Positions 1 to 10,311 of a stretch of 64,000 nt of DNA are shown here, one piece after another. The position numbers were made by a program, and so were the translations under genes. A model generated the notes under the pieces. That model was not told where the DNA came from. It made no database searches and worked only from the letters and a program-made list of their open reading frames with translations. Numbering within the stretch: position 1 is the stretch's first letter; each line of letters begins with the position of its first letter. Origin of the DNA: an uncultured Actinomycetes bacterium (GTDB lineage: Bacteria > Actinomycetota > UBA4738 > HRBIN12); contig CAWGKU010000003.1 of the NCBI GenBank assembly GCA_963823255.1, positions 22,913 to 86,912 on the forward strand, in the 5' to 3' direction.

Positions 1-1094
1 CACGCCGGGCCGGGTTCGGCGCCCGCGCTCCGGGGGCCGACGTGGAGGCCGCCCGCCTCGTCCACCCACGCGATCGAGCCGCCGCCGGCCCCGATCTCGA
101 CGATCTCGACGACCGGGACCTGGATCGGATAGCCGGCTGACGTCGGTGTGCGCTCGACGTGGTGCAGCGTCTCGATCGTCACGCGACCGCGGCGAACCGC
201 CGAGGTCTTGGCCGTGGTGCCGCCGATGTCGAGCGTGAGCACGTCCTCGACGCCGAGCCGCCGGCCGAGCTCGGCAGCGGCCGTCACCCCGGCGACGGGG
301 CCGGACTCGAGCAGCGCGATTGGCGCCTCGGCCGCGCGCTCGAACGACGAGACGCCGCCGCTCGAGCGCATCGCGTACAGGGGAGCCTCGACGCCGGCGT
401 CCCGGAGCCCCGTGCGCAGCTCGTCGAGATAGCCGGCGACCGTCGGCTTCACGTACGCGGACAGGACGGTCGTGCTCGTCCGCTCGAACTCGCGCCACTG
501 CGAGCTGATCTCGTGCGAGGCGACGATCTCGACCCGGGGCAGGAGCTTGGACAGGAGCTCGGCGGCCCGCCGCTCGTGCTCGGGGTTCGTCCACGCGTGG
601 AGGAAGCAGATCGCGACCGCGGCCACGTCCAACGCCCGGATCCGTTCGCCGCGAGCCTCGACGGCGGACTCGTCGAGCGGAAGGAGCACCTCTCCGGCGG
701 ACGAGATCCGTTCGGGCACCTCGAACCGCAGCCGCCGGGGCACGAACGGTTCCGGTTTGCGGTACGAGAGGTTGTAGAGATCGGGGCGGTTCGCCCGGCC
801 GATCTCGAGGACGTCGCGGAAGCCTTCGGTGGTCACGAGCGCGGTCCGCGCTCCTCGTCGCTCGGTGACGGCGTTGATCACGACGGTGCTGCCGTGGACG
901 AACGCGCCCACGTCGGCCGGCGAGAGCCCGGAGCGTTCGAGCGCAGACAGCACGCCCTGCTGCAGGCGTGTCGGCGTCGTGGCGACTTTCGACAGGATCA
1001 GCGAGCCGTCCCGCCGGTCGACCGCGGCCAGGTCGGTGAACGTCCCGCCGATGTCGATCGCGAGCGCGACGGGCTCGCGGCCGTCGTCCATCAT
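1..1094 (-). CDS. Hydantoinase/oxoprolinase family protein (N-methylhydantoinase A-like), runs off the left edge
   Basis: Manual minus-strand translation (not in the ORF track) starts MMDDGREPVALAIDIGGTFTDL and contains IVEIGAGGGSIAWVDEAGGLHVGPRSAGAEPGPA, both hallmark HyuA motifs. Confidence 0.92.
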   Translation of the reverse strand, partial: MMDDGREPVALAIDIGGTFTDLAAVDRRDGSLILSKVATTPTRLQQGVLSALERSGLSPADVGAFVHGSTVVINAVTERRGARTALVTTEGFRDVLEIGRANRPDLYNLSYRKPEPFVPRRLRFEVPERISSAGEVLLPLDESAVEARGERIRALDVAAVAICFLHAWTNPEHERRAAELLSKLLPRVEIVASHEISSQWREFERTSTTVLSAYVKPTVAGYLDELRTGLRDAGVEAPLYAMRSSGGVSSFERAAEAPIALLESGPVAGVTAAAELGRRLGVEDVLTLDIGGTTAKTSAVRRGRVTIETLHHVERTPTSAGYPIQVPVVEIVEIGAGGGSIAWVDEAGGLHVGPRSAGAEPGPA

Positions 1095-1108
1095 CGGCGA
1101 GATTCGGA

Positions 1109-1387
1109 TCAGGCGTCCCCCGGCTCACCCATCTCGAGCCAGTCCGAACGGGGGAACCAGACGCGCATCCGTCCCCCGGTCCGGGTCATCACCAGCAGGG
1201 CCGAGTCGCAGTGGGTGCATCGCAGCACGATGCCGGGGGCCTGCACGTACGCGTGCTCCGCCCCGACGGACTCCACGTTGCCGCATCCCTTGCACGCGAT
1301 CCGAGCCGACGTCATCTCGTCGACGAACACCTCGCCCAGCGTGCCCGCGATCGCGTTGCCGTCGAGCCTGAGCTCCTCGCCCTCCAC
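1109..1387 (-). CDS. DUF6510-like small Zn-ribbon protein
   Basis: LDGNAIAG motif plus CKGC and LRCTHC; third gene of the conserved sulfite-oxidase-like/ferredoxin reductase triad. Confidence 0.75.
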   Translation of the reverse strand: MEGEELRLDGNAIAGTLGEVFVDEMTSARIACKGCGNVESVGAEHAYVQAPGIVLRCTHCDSALLVMTRTGGRMRVWFPRSDWLEMGEPGDA

Positions 1388-2140
1388 CTATCCTCCCGTC
1401 GGTCCGAATCGCTCGGTCTTCACGCTCGTCGCGGGATACCCGAGGAGCACCAACGCTGCCGCCACCGACTCGACGAACGAGGTCGGTCCGCACACGAACG
1501 TCATCGGCATGCTGGAGGCCGCCCACGCCACCTCGGCGAGCATCGCATCGTCGACCCGGCGAGCGTAGCCCGTCCATCCCGGCGGCTGGGAGCGCGTCAG
1601 GGTGTGGATCACCTCGGGACCGTTCGGGGCGGCGGCGAGCCGTTCCAGCTCGTCCCGGTAGATGACGTCGTCCCACGATCGAGACGAGGAGACGAGTTTG
1701 GTCGGGGTCGTGGCGTCCGCCGCCTCGCGGTGTCGAAGCATGGACATCAACGGGACGATCCCGGAGCCTCCGGACACGAGCAGGAGCGGCCCGCCCGAGA
1801 CGGCCTCCCACACGAAGTACCCGCCGATCGGACCGCGGAGCTCGAGCTTGTCGCCTCGGCGCAGCTCGCCGACGAGGTACTCGGAGACCTCACCGTCCGG
1901 CAGGCCCTCCACGGTGATCGTCAGGCGCGCATCCTCGGGAGACGAGGCGATCGAGTAGCTCCGCTGGGCCTGGTAGCCGTCTTCGGCGGTGAGGCGAACG
2001 TCGACGTGCTGGCCCGCCCGGTGACCCGGCCAGTCGGGGACCTCCAGCACGATGCTCCGAACCCGAGGCGTCTCGTCGATCAGCTCGACGACCTCGCCGA
2101 GCGTCCAGTTCAGTCGCCCGAGTACCGCTGCTCGCGCCAT
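1388..2140 (-). CDS. Ferredoxin reductase-like FAD/NAD(P)-binding oxidoreductase
   Basis: RSYSIAS, GEVSEYL, GGSGIVP, FVCGP and ERFG motifs; ATG at 2140 overlaps the end of the upstream gene. Confidence 0.9.
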   Translation of the reverse strand: MARAAVLGRLNWTLGEVVELIDETPRVRSIVLEVPDWPGHRAGQHVDVRLTAEDGYQAQRSYSIASSPEDARLTITVEGLPDGEVSEYLVGELRRGDKLELRGPIGGYFVWEAVSGGPLLLVSGGSGIVPLMSMLRHREAADATTPTKLVSSSRSWDDVIYRDELERLAAAPNGPEVIHTLTRSQPPGWTGYARRVDDAMLAEVAWAASSMPMTFVCGPTSFVESVAAALVLLGYPATSVKTERFGPTGG

Positions 2141-2715
2141 GGGTCTCCGTAGATGTGATAGCCGTACGACTCCCAGAAGCCGGGCTCGTCGTGATCCATC
2201 AACCGGAACCCGCGAACCCATTTCGCGCTCTTCCAGAAATACAGGTGGGGGACGAGGAGCCGGGCGGGTCCCCCGTGTTCGGCCTCGAGCGGCTGCCCGT
2301 CGTAGGCGAACGCGACCCACGCCTTGCCGTCGAGGACGTCCTCGAGCGGCAGGTTCGTCGTGTAGTCGCCGTCCGAGAACGCCATCAGGTGGGTCGCGTG
2401 GTGCTCGACGCCCTCCAGGAGCGTGTCGATCGCGACGCCCTCCCAGGCGGTGTCCAGCTTCGTCCACTTCGTGACGCAGCTGATGTCGACCCGGATCTCC
2501 TCGCTGGGGAGGGCGCGGAACTGCTCCCAGCTCCACGTCTTGAGCGTCGCCGCCTCGTCCTCGATCGAGAACGTCCACTCGTCGAGCGGCGTGTGCGGCG
2601 TCGGACCCGCCGACAGGACCGGGAAACCATCGACGAGGTACTGGCCGGGCGGGAGCCGCGCGTCCTCACGCTCCTTCGCGCGTTTGCCGCGGAACCCGCG
2701 GGAGATGTACGCCAT
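2110..2715 (-). CDS. Sulfite oxidase-like molybdopterin-dependent oxidoreductase
   Basis: RLPPGQY, CVTKW, YTTNLPL, EHGGPARLLVPHLYFWKSAKW, GFWE..GYH..GDPWREQRY. Confidence 0.92.
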   Translation of the reverse strand: MAYISRGFRGKRAKEREDARLPPGQYLVDGFPVLSAGPTPHTPLDEWTFSIEDEAATLKTWSWEQFRALPSEEIRVDISCVTKWTKLDTAWEGVAIDTLLEGVEHHATHLMAFSDGDYTTNLPLEDVLDGKAWVAFAYDGQPLEAEHGGPARLLVPHLYFWKSAKWVRGFRLMDHDEPGFWESYGYHIYGDPWREQRYSGD

Positions 2716-2818
2716 CCGTCGCTCTCCGTCCCTGCTTGCCTCGAGCCTGCCGCGATCGTATGCCGCTCCGCCCATCGGGCGCCATGGAGTCGGCCAAGGG
2801 TGCTATCGCATCGTTGGC

Positions 2819-5683
2819 CTACCGCGGCCCCCGCGCCTCAGCCTCTCGCGAACGCCGGAGCCTCTGCTCCGCCTCCGCTTTGTCCCCCCGACGCTCCGAG
2901 ACCTGGGCGAGCGCTCTCCACATCCAGCTCGCGAGCTGGCGTTCGCCGAGCTCCTCGGAGATGCGGATCGCCTTGCGGAGATCCTCCTCGGCGTCGTCCA
3001 GGCGGCCGAGCTCGCGCTTGGCGATCCCGCGTTCGGCGATCGCGTCGCCGAGCTCCCACCGCGCGCCCAGGTCCTCGAACACGGCGATCGCGCGGTCGAA
3101 GCACGGGATCGACTCCTCGAACTTGCCCTGGTCGTCCAGGATCCGGCCCCGCTGGACCGTCGTCATCGCGATCGAGAACTGGTCGCCGATCTCCTCGGCG
3201 AGCGCGTACGCCTCGTCGCTCAGCTCGAGCGCGCGCTGGAGCTCTTCTTCGGTCGGCTGCGAGCGGCGCGTCGTGTTGATGGAGAGCGAGTTGAGCGCCC
3301 GCACGCGCGCCCAGCCGTCCTCGGGGTCGGCGACCTCCAGCGCGCGGCGCCAGATCTTCTCGGCCGCGTCGTGGTCGCCGCGCGTCCACGGCACCCAGCC
3401 GGCGAACAGCAACGTGCGGACGCACGCCCACGGCTCGTCGTAGCTCTCGGCCGCCGCGAGCGACTCGTCGAGCAGCACCTCGGCCTTGTCGACGTCGGCG
3501 TCGACGTTGATCGCGATGTCGCCGAGGAACCGCAGCGCGAGCGAGAGCGTGAACGGGTCGTCGACCTTGCGGCCGAGCTCCACCGCCCGGTCGAGCACGT
3601 CCCGGGCCGCCGGGTACTCGCCGAGCCAGTACCTGGCCTCGCCGATGCCGGCGAGCGCGCGCGCCTCGCGGACGCCCCACGCGTCCTCGGGACCCGCGAG
3701 CGCGAGCGCCCGCTCGTAGCGGTCGATCGCCGTCCGGCTCTCCATCCGGCGGCGCGCGCGGTCGCCCGAGTCCAGCAGCGCCTCGGCGGCGCGCTCGGCC
3801 ACCGTTCGGTCGTCGCGGTCCAGGTCGAGCGACGCGACCGCCGCGAGCTCGAGGTGGTCGGCCGCCCACGCCGGGTGGCTGTCCCCGAACAGCCGGTCGG
3901 CGATCAGCTGATGCAGCCGGACGCGTTCGCGTTTGGGCAGGCTCGCGTACGCGACCTCCTTCAGCGTCGCGTGCCGGACGCGCCAGCGCGCCATCGGGTG
4001 CGTGTCGTCCTCGGGCACGAGGATCTCGGCCTCCTCGAGCTGCCGGATCTCGTCCGGGGTGGCCTCGGGGTCGATCGTCCGGAGCTCGGCCAGGTCGAAC
4101 GAGACGAAGAACGCCGACGCGCGCCGGGTGAGCTCGCGCAGGCGGGGGTCGAGGTGGTCGAGGCGGGCCGCGACGACGGCCTGCACCGTGGGTGGCAGGC
4201 TCGCGCGCGGCGCTGAGCTCTCGCCGTCGGGGAGCAGCATGCCGGTCGTCTCGATGATGAAGAACGGGTTGCCGCCGGCGCGCTGGGCGATCTCATTGGC
4301 TTCGGCGTCGTCGATGCGGCGGCCCGAGGCCTGCCGCGCGAGGTCGACCGACTCGTCGTCGTTCAGCGGTTCCAGCCTGAGCCGGACCGCGTTCTCGGTG
4401 GTCGTGCCCCACGCGGGCCGGTCGTCGAGCAGGCTCGTGCGCGCGAGCGCGAGCACGAGCGCCTTGCGGTGGCCCTGTCTCGCGGGCGAGCCGAGGCGCT
4501 CGATCAGCTCGAGCATCTGCGGCCGGAGCTCGTGCGCGTCCTCGAACACCAGGACTGCGGGTGTGTCTCGAGCCAGACCGTCGACGAGCGCGACGAACCC
4601 GGACTGCACATCCTGAACGAACGACGCGTGCGACGGGCGCTCGGCCATCCCGAACAGGAGCGCGAGCCGCTCCTTGAGCTGCTTGGCGTCGGCTGGGTCG
4701 GCGACGACGCGGTCCGCCAGGTCATGCAGCCGGCGCCGGGTCTTCTCGGGCGGGTCGTCCTCCTCCAGACCGGCGAGCTCGGCCACGATGGACGCGGCCG
4801 GCGCGAACGTAGCCGTGTCGGTGAAGGGGCGCGCGCGGCCCGTGAGGACGGGGATGGTCTCGTCCATCCCGGCGACGAGCTCGTCGGCCAGGCGCGACTT
4901 CCCGATGCCGGGTTCGCCGAGGACGCTGACGAGCACCGGGTGGCCGGTGCTCTTCGCGCGGTGAAGGCTCTCGCGCAGGATCGCGAGCTCGCTCGAACGC
5001 CCGACGAACGGGATCGTGCGTCTCGCGCTCCGCGGCGTGAGGCCCTCGACCGGGAAGCCCGCGATCGTGTCGCCGTCGAACCCTTTCGCGGTGGCCTGGC
5101 GCTGGTCGCCGTAGGAGACGGCGTTCGCGGTGAGCGCGACGGTGGTCTCGCCGGCGAGCACCTCGCCGGGTCCGGCGGCGGCCTGCAGGCGGGCGGCGGC
5201 GTTCACGACCGGGCCGGTGACGAGGAGCTGCCCGGCGGGCCCGAGGCCGGTGGCGGCCTCGCCCGACTCGATACCGACGTGGACGTCGAGGGGCGTGGTC
5301 AGGCCGAGGGTCTGAGAGAGGCGGCGGGTTCGCGCGCGGATCGCGAGACCGGCGCGGACGGCGCGGAGCGCGTCGTCCTCGTGCACGGTCGGCAGGCCGA
5401 ACACGGCCATGACCGCGTCGCCGATGAACTTCTCGGCGCGGCCGCGGAGCGCGAGGAGCTCCTCGGACGCCGCCTCGAAGAACAGGCCGAGGATCTCGCG
5501 GGCGCGTTCGGGGTCCAGGCGCTGGGCGAGGCCGGTGGAGTCGACCAGGTCGGCGAACAGGACCGTGACCACCTTGCGCTCCTCGGTGCCGAGCGGGGTC
5601 CCGACGGGCGAGCCGCAGTTCGGGCAGAAGCTGGCGCCCTCGGGGAGCGGTTCGCCGCAGACCTGGCAGGGGGTAGTGGCCAT
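2819..5683 (-). CDS. Zn-ribbon + class III adenylate/guanylate cyclase + AAA ATPase + TPR protein
   Basis: N-terminal CxxC..CPNC; FADLVDST, EKFIGDAVMAVFG, VNAAARLQ; Walker A GEPGIGKS; C-terminal helical TPR-like repeats. Confidence 0.93.
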   Translation of the reverse strand: MATTPCQVCGEPLPEGASFCPNCGSPVGTPLGTEERKVVTVLFADLVDSTGLAQRLDPERAREILGLFFEAASEELLALRGRAEKFIGDAVMAVFGLPTVHEDDALRAVRAGLAIRARTRRLSQTLGLTTPLDVHVGIESGEAATGLGPAGQLLVTGPVVNAAARLQAAAGPGEVLAGETTVALTANAVSYGDQRQATAKGFDGDTIAGFPVEGLTPRSARRTIPFVGRSSELAILRESLHRAKSTGHPVLVSVLGEPGIGKSRLADELVAGMDETIPVLTGRARPFTDTATFAPAASIVAELAGLEEDDPPEKTRRRLHDLADRVVADPADAKQLKERLALLFGMAERPSHASFVQDVQSGFVALVDGLARDTPAVLVFEDAHELRPQMLELIERLGSPARQGHRKALVLALARTSLLDDRPAWGTTTENAVRLRLEPLNDDESVDLARQASGRRIDDAEANEIAQRAGGNPFFIIETTGMLLPDGESSAPRASLPPTVQAVVAARLDHLDPRLRELTRRASAFFVSFDLAELRTIDPEATPDEIRQLEEAEILVPEDDTHPMARWRVRHATLKEVAYASLPKRERVRLHQLIADRLFGDSHPAWAADHLELAAVASLDLDRDDRTVAERAAEALLDSGDRARRRMESRTAIDRYERALALAGPEDAWGVREARALAGIGEARYWLGEYPAARDVLDRAVELGRKVDDPFTLSLALRFLGDIAINVDADVDKAEVLLDESLAAAESYDEPWACVRTLLFAGWVPWTRGDHDAAEKIWRRALEVADPEDGWARVRALNSLSINTTRRSQPTEEELQRALELSDEAYALAEEIGDQFSIAMTTVQRGRILDDQGKFEESIPCFDRAIAVFEDLGARWELGDAIAERGIAKRELGRLDDAEEDLRKAIRISEELGERQLASWMWRALAQVSERRGDKAEAEQRLRRSREAEARGPR

Positions 5684-5749
5684 GGTTACCAAGGATAGGT
5701 GCCGGAGATGACGCGGATATTCCCCGACGATGGCGATACCGGAAACGGT

Positions 5750-5792
5750 ATCGGCGGCCGACCCGATCGTGGATCTCGGGTCGGCCGCCGAT
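5750..5792 (-). terminator. 17-bp perfect inverted repeat, probable terminator of the upstream secreted-protein gene
   Basis: ATCGGCGGCCGACCCGA-9 nt-TCGGGTCGGCCGCCGAT, about 30 nt past the stop at 5822. Confidence 0.55.
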
Positions 5793-5821
5793 CACCCCCT
5801 GAGCTGCTTGGATGAACCCGC

Positions 5822-8208
5822 CTAGCCCCCGGTCACCAACTCCTCGGCCCGGTCCAGCATCGAGCCGCAGCGGTCGAGCTGGCTGCCCGAGCCCGGCAAC
5901 GCCACATCGTCGAACGCCGCCGCGAACAGCGCGTTCTTGAGCTCGGTCGCGAGCGGGTCCCGCTGGGACAGCAGCTTCGAGAGCTTCTTCTGGGTCGAGT
6001 TGAACACCCCGTCGCCACCACCGCCGCTCTTCAGCGCGGCCGTGTCGGCGATCAGCGTGTTCGTCCCGAACTCGCCCACCTGGCGTTCAGCTGCTTGTAG
6101 CACTCGGCGAGGTCGGTGTACTTCGAGCCGGCGATCGCGGCGTTCGGGTCGGTCAGGATCTCGCTCAGCACGCGACCGTCGTTGACGTAGCTGTCCTGAA
6201 GACCCGCCAGCCACAGGAGCGTCGGCCGGATGTCCGGGAGGTCCACCCACGTCCCGTTCGTGCTGAACTCCGGGACCGTGCCGCCGCCGTTCGGATCGTG
6301 GATCGCGGGCCCGTCGGTGGCCTCGGGTCCGTCCAGCCCGATGTTCGCGACGCCGGGTCCGACGAACCCGACCCACGTGATGTCGATCGTCGGCGCGTAG
6401 TAGCCGTGGTTCCACGCGAAGCGCGACGCCGCTCCGCCCAGGTGTTCGAGGCGCACGGCTGCCTGGTCGTGCGGCGTGCACGTGAGCGGTCGAGCCGAAG
6501 AAGTAGTCCGGCTTGGGGAACAGCGTGAACGTCGGCGTTCGATCCGGGTCCGCGTTCACCAGGTGCAGGATCTCCTGTTCGACGCTGCCCGGCGAGGTAC
6601 GCCGCGATCGGTTCGTCGTCGTTGCCCGTGTAGGGGTCGTGCGGGTTGGTCAGCGAGCCGATGTCGCGTTCGAGCTGGCGGACGGCGGGGTCGGTCGGGC
6701 CCGGCCGGCCGGTGACGTAGATCGCGGCACCCTGCGGTTCGACCGTGAACGGCGTCGTGTTCCCCTTCTGCGCCGCGAGCAGGCCGGACAGGTTCGTGTT
6801 GATCTCGCCGATCTGGCCCGCCGTGTAGTAATGCACGGGGTGAGGAGCGCACGCTCGCGATGCCGCAGCCGGCCGGCGTGGGCTGGATCGCGCGGCCGAC
6901 GTTCGCGCCGTCGAACTGGTCGTTCTCCTCCGCGCTGAACACGAACAGCGTGTTGCTCTGGTCGATGCCGGACGCGGCCAGGCGGGCGAAGAACGTCTGG
7001 AACGCCGCGTCGTACTGGTCGGCGGTCTGCTTGTAGCAGGTGTCGCCGGGACCGATGGCGTTGCCGGCGCCGCGGTGGCCGTCGTCGTCGTGCAGCCCGA
7101 CTGCCCCGCCTTGCGCTCGTGGATGTCGCCGATGTAGCCGTAGACCACCGGAACGCCCGCCTCGAGCATGTCGGCGGTGTACGCGAGCGTCTGCCTGGCC
7201 ACGATCGGGCCGAACCCCGGGAAGCCCGGTGTGTTCCCCGGGAGGAACGCCCCGTTGATCTGGTCGCCGCTCAGGTCGACGAGGTTCCCGGCGCCGTTCG
7301 TCACCGGGAAGCCGTTGTGCGATCAGGCTCGATGTTCCCGGCGCCGAGCTGGGGCGCGATGTACTTGTGTCCGAACAGCGCCTGGTACCCGGTGTAGCCG
7401 CCGGGCTCGTCCGGGGAGCAAGTCGGGGACCGCCGTGGGCGACGGCGTGCCCTGCCCGAACTTGACCGCTTCTGCGTCCGCGCAGAACGGGCTCTCCTGC
7501 GCGCAGTGCACGGCGAGGCCGACGTAGTCGGCGGTCTCCTGGTTGCGGAAGTCTGTCTCGGGTCGGCGGCGAGCTGTGCGGCCTCGGGCGAGTCCTGGCC
7601 CGAACACCTTCGGGATGTCGAACGGCGCGTTCTCGAGCACCATGTTGGCGGTCGAGACGTCACCGACGTCGCAGCCCGCGCGCGTCCACGGCACCCACGG
7701 GGCCGGCGTCGCGACGTCGGTCGTGGTCGCCGAGGCCGGGACCGAGTCCGAGTAGATCATCGCGTGCTTCGCGTCGTTCCCGCCGTCGTTGTTCGGGTCG
7801 GTCCAGTAGACGAACGAGCCGGCCGAGGCGACGGTGCCGTTCGGGCTTCCACGTCCGGTAGGTGTTGCTGATCGGCATGCCGTGACGGTCGCCGTACAGA
7901 CCCGTGTAGATCGCGAGGCTGTCCTCGGCCGTGTGCGCGATCAGCGGCGTGTGGTTGTTCGAGAGCATGACGCCGTTGTCCTGGATGAAGTCGTTCAGGT
8001 GCGGCATCAGCTCGAGATCCGAGGGCATGTTGGGGTTGTCCCGGAAGAAGTGCACGTTGTCGAACGTGATCTCGACCACGTGCTGGATGCCGTTGCCGAG
8101 GTCGCAGACGGGGTCTGCGGCCGCGATGGGGGTCGATGGCGCCACCACCGCGATCAACGGCGCCGCGAGCACCAGGGCTACCAAGGTTCGTCCGATCCGA
8201 GTCCTCAT
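5822..8208 (-). CDS. Large secreted alkaline-phosphatase/phosphodiesterase-superfamily protein (multiple frameshifts)
   Basis: Signal peptide MRTRIGRTLVALVLAAPLIAVVAP; HVVEITFDN, IAHTAEDSLAIYTGLYGDRHGMPISN, YIGDIH and WNHGY segments spread over consecutive minus-strand ORF fragments. Confidence 0.65.
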
Positions 8209-8378
8209 GGGCTCCTCCTCCCGTCCGTGGGACGTCGAAAACCCTCCCCGAACCAACCTAGGCAGCGCCTCTTCGCTCCCGCAAGGTTCCCGTCGCGAAC
8301 GCCTGATGAACCCCGTAGGTCGGACGGGTGACCACTGCACCGGCAGCCCGAACGGCGCGGCGAGGTGCCCCGGTTCCG

Positions 8379-9038
8379 CTAGGCGGCGACCCCGCGGACG
8401 ATCGCGAACCCACCGTCCGAGAGTCGCTTGAGCTCGACGCGAGACAACCCGGCGTCCCGGACGAACGAGCCCAGCTCGGCGGAGCGGTAGAGGCGAACGT
8501 GACCCGGCTCGAACCGTCGCAGGAACACGTCGGCGACGCGCGCCGCGGTTCGATCCGAGCAGGCATCCCCGATGGCGATCCGGCCACCGGACGCGAGCAC
8601 GCGAGCCATCTCCCGCACGGCCCGGGCGGGATCCGGGTAGTGATGGAACGAGTTCGAGCACAGGACGGCGGTGAACGCTCCGTCCTCGAACGGCAAGTGC
8701 TCCGAGTCCGCGATCTCGAAGTGCACGTTCGCGAACCGTTCGGCCAGCCGCTGGGCCTGCCGGATCATCTCCGGGGACAGGTCGATGCCGACGACCGACG
8801 CCGCGACTGATGCGGCCGACCGGGAGGCCGCTCCCGTGCCGCAGCCGACGTCGAGGAGGCGATCGTCTGCGCCGAGCTGCAGCGCCTCGAGCGACTCCCG
8901 TTGGACCGGGTCGCGCCACCGTGAGGTGACGCCGGACTCGTAGCTCCCCGCCCGCCGGTCGAACCAGCGTCGCGCGCCCGCTTTCTGCTCGTCCACCGCC
9001 TGAGTGTAGGGAGCCGATCGATCCCGGCGCCGCGTCAT
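8379..9038 (-). CDS. Class I SAM-dependent methyltransferase (UbiE/MenG-like domain)
   Basis: LLDVGCGTG, GIDLSPEM, LPFEDGAF, HHYPDP; start could alternatively be GTG at 8996. Confidence 0.9.
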   Translation of the reverse strand: MTRRRDRSAPYTQAVDEQKAGARRWFDRRAGSYESGVTSRWRDPVQRESLEALQLGADDRLLDVGCGTGAASRSAASVAASVVGIDLSPEMIRQAQRLAERFANVHFEIADSEHLPFEDGAFTAVLCSNSFHHYPDPARAVREMARVLASGGRIAIGDACSDRTAARVADVFLRRFEPGHVRLYRSAELGSFVRDAGLSRVELKRLSDGGFAIVRGVAA

Positions 9039-9145
9039 CGCCCTTGGGTAGGAGCAGATCCGAGGCCGTGATCCGCGAGCCAACGCCACTGCTAGGCTCC
9101 GCGCATGGCTCGGCTCCGGCCGGAGCAACACGCCGTGGAGCACCC

Positions 9146-9958
9146 GTGATCCCGATCCGGGACGCGAACCCCACCCAGCGCGTCCCCGTCGTCACCCTCG
9201 CGTTGATCGCCGCCAACATCGCGGTGTTCCTGTTGTGGCAGCCGTCGTTCGGGACCGAGCAGGAGCAGCAGGCGTTCTACTTCTGCCACGCCGAGATCCC
9301 GTGGGAGGTCTCGCACCAGGAGAACCTCGCGCACGGTGGGCTCGAGGCGCAGGCCTCGATCGACGCGGACCTGGGACCCGGCGCCGGCGTCGCCGTGCAG
9401 ACGCTCCAGCGGCAAGAGTGCCCGAACAAGAGCTGGTGGCTCTCGGTGTTCGTCGCGATGTTCCTGCACGGCGGGTGGTTCCACCTCGCCGGCAACATGC
9501 TGTTCCTCTGGATCTTCGGGAACAACGTCGAGGACCGTCTCGGCTACGTCGTCTACCCGCTCTTCTACGTGCTGGGTGGGCTGGCGGCGTCGGCGTTGCA
9601 GCTCGCGATCGCGCCGAACTCGACCATCCCGAGCCTCGGCGCGTCCGGCGCGATCGGCGGCGTGCTCGGCGCGTACATCGTGCTGTTCCCGCACGCCCGC
9701 GTGACGACGCTGATCATCTTCTTCTTCATCACGGTCATCGAGGTCCCCGCCGGCGTGATCCTCGCGGTCTGGTTCGTGCTGCAGCTGTTCAGCGGCGTCG
9801 GCCAGCTCGCGAGTCAGGTGAGCGGCGGCGGGGTGGCGTACTGGGCGCACGTCGGCGGGTTCGCGTTCGGGGCGCTCGTGGCCTGGCTCTTCTACCGGAA
9901 CCGACGAGGGCCCAAGGCCGCGTACGAGATGCCGCGGAGGCCGGGCGACCCCTACTGA
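9146..9958 (+). CDS. Rhomboid family intramembrane serine protease
   Basis: MIPIRD start, MFLHGGWFHLAGNMLFLWIFGNNVED, GASG catalytic Ser, AYWAHVGG catalytic His. Confidence 0.95.
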   Translation: MIPIRDANPTQRVPVVTLALIAANIAVFLLWQPSFGTEQEQQAFYFCHAEIPWEVSHQENLAHGGLEAQASIDADLGPGAGVAVQTLQRQECPNKSWWLSVFVAMFLHGGWFHLAGNMLFLWIFGNNVEDRLGYVVYPLFYVLGGLAASALQLAIAPNSTIPSLGASGAIGGVLGAYIVLFPHARVTTLIIFFFITVIEVPAGVILAVWFVLQLFSGVGQLASQVSGGGVAYWAHVGGFAFGALVAWLFYRNRRGPKAAYEMPRRPGDPY

Positions 9959-9965
9959 CCAAGGC

Positions 9966-9983
9966 GATAGCATACTTGCTATC
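9966..9983. promoter_or_regulatory. Palindromic operator overlapping the -10 box of the HTH-nucleotidyltransferase operon
   Basis: GATAGCA-TACT-TGCTATC, a perfect 7-bp inverted repeat and AT-rich relative to the window; overlaps TATCAT (9980-9985), 8 nt before ATG 9994. Confidence 0.7.
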
Positions 9984-9993
9984 ATCCTGAGGG

Positions 9994-10311
9994 ATGGATG
10001 CCGGCCGAACACTTCGGGAGGCACGCCAGCAGGCGGGGCTGTCTCAGCGGGCGCTCGCCAGTCGGGCGAACATGCCGCAACCCACGATCGCTCGGATCGA
10101 GTCTCACACCGTGGTCCCTCGGGTCGACACCCTCGACCGGCTGCTCGCCGCCTGTGGGGTGACGCTCACGAGCATCCCTCGACCGGGCGCCGGTATCGAT
10201 CGGACCCAGATCAGAGAACTGCTCGCCCGGTCGCCCGGCGAGCGTCTCCGGCTCGCCGCCCGGGACGGTCGCAATCTCGATCGCTTCCTGGCGAGAGCGA
10301 CCCGGCGATGA
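9994..10311 (+). CDS. XRE/Cro HTH protein, putative antitoxin
   Basis: LREARQQAGLSQRALASRANMPQPTIARIES; ATGA overlap with the next gene. Confidence 0.85.
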   Translation: MDAGRTLREARQQAGLSQRALASRANMPQPTIARIESHTVVPRVDTLDRLLAACGVTLTSIPRPGAGIDRTQIRELLARSPGERLRLAARDGRNLDRFLARATRR

